64,000 nt of DNA from Eledone cirrhosa (taxonomy: Eukaryota): contig OZ024758.1 of the NCBI GenBank assembly GCA_964016885.1, positions 5,766,001 to 5,830,000 on the forward strand, read 5' to 3'. The notes under the pieces were generated by a model, which made no database searches, was not told the origin of the DNA, and saw only the letters and a program-made list of their open reading frames with translations. The position numbers and the translations under genes are program-made. Of this stretch, positions 57,306 to 64,000 are shown one piece after another. Position 1 is the first letter of the stretch. Each line of letters starts with the position of its first letter.

Positions 57306-58558
57306 GCAAAAGGAAGAAAGGAGCACTTGCACAACATGCTCCTGGAGTTGAGGGTTGTTCTATATACGGGGTATAAAGCAACCCATTTGTAACGCCTCCC
57401 CCCTATTGGGGATTTCTATTGATATATTTTCATGCTAAAACTTTTTTACACGACTGTATGTAAAATTCCCGTCATATGTCTTTGTATTGTCCCCTTTTCT
57501 TGTGCACCCTTGTGGCAAATAAAGAAATATATATATTATTTACAATTTGTGTGTAGGCAGATCTTTTTGAAAATAAGGCCAGGGAGGCGTTGAGGGTATT
57601 ACGTGGCCGTGAGGAGGTCAGTGACCCTAAAGGTTTGAGGCCCTCCGATCTAACAGTAGGTCTATCTGACGTCATTTAGTTATGTTTTATTATATTTAAT
57701 ATGAAGATGTCAACCAATTAAAAGAAACAATGAATATAAAGAGAAAGAAAGAGATACAGAGTAAAAGAAGTAAGTAGTAGATGAGGTCAGAAAAATATAT
57801 TGCTTTACTGAAACATTAACAGGTCAACTTGAAGAGTCTTTTGAATCAATTTCCGAATTCTAATAAACGTCTGTATTTAAAGGGTTAAAGATCAAGTATT
57901 CTTAACATTTAAGATGAAAGAAAAACATGTCCTGTTCTTCCTCTTGAAAACAATTTATTACAAAGTGAATGAATTAATTCATTTCTTGTGAGTAAATAAA
58001 AATTTGAGTGAATGTCTCATATTTGTTAAGAATCTCAATATTGTGTGTGGTCGGGCCTTTAATCACCAGGGGGTCAATTTAAGTTCAAAGTGGAAAAAGT
58101 GTTTTTGAAATTTTGTGCAAATTTGAAAGAAAAAAAAATTGGATAAATTCCCACCGCCCACCTGAGTATATTCACACCCCACCCCACCCCCCAATGAAAA
58201 AAAAAACAACCCAGCGTCCCCTTTCAACACAACAGCGCCAACAAGGGGGCGCTAGGGCCCACGTTGGGAAAACACTGGTCTAGATAGTTGACCAAAACTT
58301 TCAACATCGTTATTTCATCTTTTACTATGATAAATCTAATTTCTATTTGAAGACATCTAAACGCATTGAAGCCTCATTTTCGAAATTCCTCAAATAAAAG
58401 CCTCGACCGCCTTCTGCTCTGTTTTCATTAATTACTATGCTAGGCATACAGTCAGCCGGTATGATCAACCAACCTGTCATAACAGAGCCTCCTTTCAGTA
58501 CTTCCTGCATGTGGTCTTCTCTACCAACTTAAGAAAGGACTTTAATTATTTGTTTTTA

Positions 58559-59310
<752 letters not shown>

Positions 59311-59464
59311 GTGTGTAAGGAACCTTCTGACCCAAGACTTACTCCTCGTGTTTTGGTGGCAGCTGGATTACTACACACTATAGACACACTTAACACGGGT
59401 TCAACAAGTTTGTACCGGAGCCATAGCAATGCCCCCTTTTCGCTCTCTCTCTCATATATATATA

Positions 59465-59655
59465 TAGGAAAAGATATGACCCCGACGGCAGAGCTCAAGC
59501 CGTTTCTAGACTGTACAGTCTAGAAATAGCCGTCGAAACGGCTTGAGCTCTGCCGTCGGGGTCATATCTTTTCCTATTACAAGGTCTACTACCCTAAGTA
59601 TTGAGAACTCTGGTGCGTTATGGTCCATCTGGTTCCTTACCACAATTCCTTCGTA
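59465..59655 (+). mobile_element. family B fold-back element
   Basis: Arms 59465-59506 / 59535-59577 with central palindrome TTTCTAGACTGTACAGTCTAGAAA; homolog of 406-612. Confidence 0.78.
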
Positions 59656-59751
59656 ATATATATATATTTATATATATATATATATATATATACATACATA
59701 GATACATTTATATACATACATACACATACATACATACATACATACATACAT

Positions 59752-59795
<44 letters not shown>

Positions 59796-59797
<2 letters not shown>

Positions 59798-59998
59798 TTA
59801 ATATAGATGAGATTCTACAGGACTAGAACTGTTTCATTCATTAGAAATCATCAGGATTCCTGATGATTTCTAATGAATGAAACAGTTCTAGTCCTGTAGA
59901 ATCTCATCTATATTAAAAATATATTAAAACTATTATACTCTGCTATTGTATTGAGTACCTTACTTACTGTGGTTACCTCCGATTCAACCCGGAATAAC

Positions 59999-59999
<1 letters not shown>
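59796..59999 (+). mobile_element. family C fold-back element with hammerhead core
   Basis: Perfect 61-bp arms 59796-59856 / 59858-59918; CTGATGA-T-TTC-TAAT-GAA-T-GAAA-C-AGTTCTA-GTC at 59860-59893; TA-flanked. Confidence 0.75.
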
Positions 60000-60032
<33 letters not shown>

Positions 60033-60294
60033 TTTACACTTTATTTCTCTTTCCCCCAATCCCTGGTGTCTTCCAGTTTATTTTCTAAGTTTTTCATGTT
60101 ATTTAGTCTGTTATTAACGTATGGATGCTACCAGCAGCGACAGGTCATTTTATGTTGAGCGAAAAGAAGGGAGCAATTGTCGATTGATGTCTGTTATTCA
60201 TGGAGCCCTACTGTAAACATATAGGACCTAACAGATGACGGGCTTACCACCAACGTAGTCTGATTAGGACTGATAAGTCAAAATTTGAAGGTCA

Positions 60295-60342
<48 letters not shown>

Positions 60343-60410
60343 GTATATATACACATATTTACACATATGGACACACACGTACATATATAATTATATATAT
60401 ATATTATACG

Positions 60411-60450
<40 letters not shown>

Positions 60451-60584
60451 ATATATAATATATATATATACAATTGCACACATACACACATATAAATGTA
60501 TATATATGAATACTTATACACAAAATATATACACATATGAATATAGAGGGAGAGAGAAAGAGAGAGAAAGAGAGAAAGACAAAG

Positions 60585-60681
60585 TATTACTGTCTCGTCC
60601 TCAGAGGGTGACTATCTCTACGGTTCTACCTAGAGAGGGATCCCGAGCAAATCCCGAGCAACGCCGGGTCATTCTGCTAGT
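60585..60681 (+). mobile_element. Helitron 3' terminus
   Basis: Hairpin CCCGAGCAACGCCGGG (60653-60668), then CTAG (60677-60680) followed by T. Confidence 0.7.
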
Positions 60682-61549
60682 TATAACTAAAATGATCAGT
60701 CTAATTTAAATGATGGGTATTCGTTTGTCAACGTAATTAATTAAATAATAAATTATTATAGTTAATATGAGGCATTGTGAGATATGTAATAATTGATTGG
60801 TGGGGGTTTCAGAAGGTTGGTACAATGTGCTAGAAATATATACAGGACAAAGGATAACAAATAAAACCAAACAAGGTAATGTTTTTTTACCCAGTATATT
60901 TCAAGAGGTTGAAATATACTGGATAAAAGCAGGGCCGGGTTTAGACCTATTCTTAGTTAACGGAACATTACAAAACTTTAGAAACAAATTCTTTCTAAAC
61001 CAAATCATTGAAGTATAATAATCACTCGTAGGCCTACCATACCATTACAACAAACAACTATTCCACGAAACAAAGCTAGAAAGGAAAACATTCATAGTCA
61101 AGTCATGTATATTATACAGAATTCCCCACAAAACGGTGCTCAAAGCACAACATAATGCTGAAATAAACACACAAACATACACACACTATAAATAAAATAA
61201 TCACCACACACACACACACGACACACACAAACTAAATAAAATAAACATACACACATACACACACACACAACATACACACACTATAAATAAAATAAACACA
61301 CACAAACATACACACACATAGAACATATAATAGAATAAACACCACAAACATACACACACTATAAATAAGATAAATACACGACAGATGATGTATAAATCTA
61401 AGGATCCAATCTCAAAATTACAGGTTCCGGTGATAAATCCTACATAAAAGTCAAATATACCTATTATAAAAAGGGACAGTTACACACACCTACAGCACTT
61501 CATACCCTAAAGTTAAAACTATAAAATTCAAGAAATTTTGAGGGGAAAT

Positions 61550-62418
61550 TTGGAAACTCTACCGTTCCAGACGAACTGCAAGGGTTCAGTTGCACTGAAT
61601 ACAACACACCGCACCGCACCACACCACAACACACCGCACCGCACCACACTACACCACACCTTGGAAACTCTACCGTTCCAGACGAACTGCAAGGATTCAG
61701 TTGCACTGAATACAACACACCGCACCGCACCACACCACAACACACCGCACCGCACCACACTACACCACACCTTGGAAACTCTACCGTCCAGACGAACTGC
61801 AAGGGTTCAGTTGCACTGAATACAACACACCGCACCGCACCACACCACAACACACCGCACCGCACCACACTACACCACACCTTGGAAACTCTACCGCTCC
61901 AGACGAACTGCAAGGATTCAGTTGCACTGAATACAACACACCGCACCGCACCACACCACAACACACCGCACCGCACCACACTACACCACACCTTGGAAAC
62001 TCTACCGTTCCAGACGAACTGCAAGGATTCAGTTGCACTGAATACAACACACCGCACCGCACCGCACCACACTACACCACACCTTGGAAACTCTACCGTT
62101 CCAGACGAACTGCAAGGATTCAGTTGCACTGAATACAACACACCGCGCCGCGCCGCACCACAACCACACCACACCACCCCACACTACACCACACCACACC
62201 ACACTACACTACACCGCACCGCACCACACCACACTACACTACACCTTGGAAACTCTACCGTTCAAGACGAACTGCAAGGATTCAGTTGCACTGAATACAA
62301 CACACCGCGCCGCGCCCGCACCACAACCACACCACACCACCCCACACTACACCACACCACACCACACTACACTACACCTAGGAAACTCTACCGTTCCAGA
62401 CGAACTGCAAGGATTCAG
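61550..62418. repeat. ~111-bp minisatellite: constant ~55-bp block x8 with variable (CACCR)n spacers
   Basis: TTGGAAACTCTACCGTTCCAGACGAACTGCAAGGATTCAGTTGCACTGAATAC at 61550, 61661, 61772, 61882, 61993, 62084, 62246, 62379 (last truncated). Confidence 0.95.
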
Positions 62419-62694
62419 AAGAAAATAGGAAACAGATATTTGTGTTTATAAAACCAAAAACATCGCACGATAACTGCAATACAGCTCTGATATTACCATT
62501 CTGACTTTGAAGATGGAACTGCGATGCTCCGAAAAGTTAATACAGCCATGGGTGAAAGAATGATACAGTTTCAAACTAAGTATAAAGAACTAATGAGGAA
62601 TTACGAAAATCTTTAATAAAAAATATAAAAAATAAAAAAAATGGATGATAGCCGTATTTTGAAGAAATGCTTATATAAACGCGCGCGCGCACGC

Positions 62695-63090
<396 letters not shown>

Positions 63091-63519
63091 AAATTACAGA
63101 AAACACTTATTTAAAACTGCACGAGAGAGAAATATTCTGAGACAGAGTGCAATAAAGGGACAACACATCCCAAATATACCATTTTTATCACAGAGTTTAC
63201 TGACAATTTCAGTTAAAGTGTTATGGTATTTTCTCGTAAAAGTTCATTGAAAGTCACTTTTAATAAACTCTGCTGTGTTTCTCAGCACTTACAGTGTTGT
63301 CTATGGAAGGTTGAGATGATCATGATGTTATCGCTAGATAAAAGAAGTAAAAGAAATAGTTATCTCACATTATATATTGTTAAGAGTTTGTTAGAATTTC
63401 TGTGTTATCTACAAGATGACACTATTTCACGTAGAGTCACCTTTTGTGAAAGTTTTATTTTTTATTTTATTTTGTTTATCAATTGCGTTGATAATGTTAA
63501 AGAGAATATTATGTATGTA

Positions 63520-63566
<47 letters not shown>

Positions 63567-64000
63567 ACACACATACATGTGTATATCTACATATACATAT
63601 ATATACGCCCCCACTATATATATATATGTACATATATACACACATCATGCATATACATAACATCACACGCACATACTGCACATATATAATATCACTATAC
63701 TATATCATAATATACATACATATATAGATCATATACATACATATATACTACATATACATATATCATATATACATACATATACATATATCGTAATACATAT
63801 ACACATATACATTACATACATCATATACTATATCTATATATCATATACATAAATATTTCACATACATATACATATACATATAAACACACATATACATAAA
63901 TATATACATATATACATACATATACATATATACATACATACATACATACATACATATACATACATATATACACATATATATATACATATACATACATATA

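Noticed and set aside
61550-62418. CRISPR-like repeat-spacer array
   Set aside because: Spacers are related pentamer microsatellites rather than unique sequences; animal context and no cas genes

Overview
AT-rich animal genomic DNA made almost entirely of repeats. The microsatellite load and SINE families look like an octopus/coleoid cephalopod genome (inference from recalled repeat motifs). No host protein-coding exon could be supported: nearly all ORFs in the track are translated microsatellites. The window holds many copies of a tRNA-derived SINE, two other SINE types, RTE- and CR1-type LINE 3' remnants, a decayed Buster-type hAT transposase, a Helitron PIF1-like helicase remnant split by a mariner-like MITE, hAT MITEs with 8-bp TSDs, and many mini/microsatellites. 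The most striking hidden signal is a dense set of short elements at or in (TA)n tracts that carry type-I hammerhead ribozyme motifs. About 11 are complete or near complete and about 6 are 3' halves, from several unrelated families, including a U3-A8 compensatory core variant. Many form fold-back palindromes whose apex lies at the ribozyme, and they share a YYGAGT motif near the 3' end. These look like Penelope-like (PLE) pLTR or retrozyme-like non-autonomous retroelements that target (TA)n. Folds and coordinates were read by eye and are not computed.
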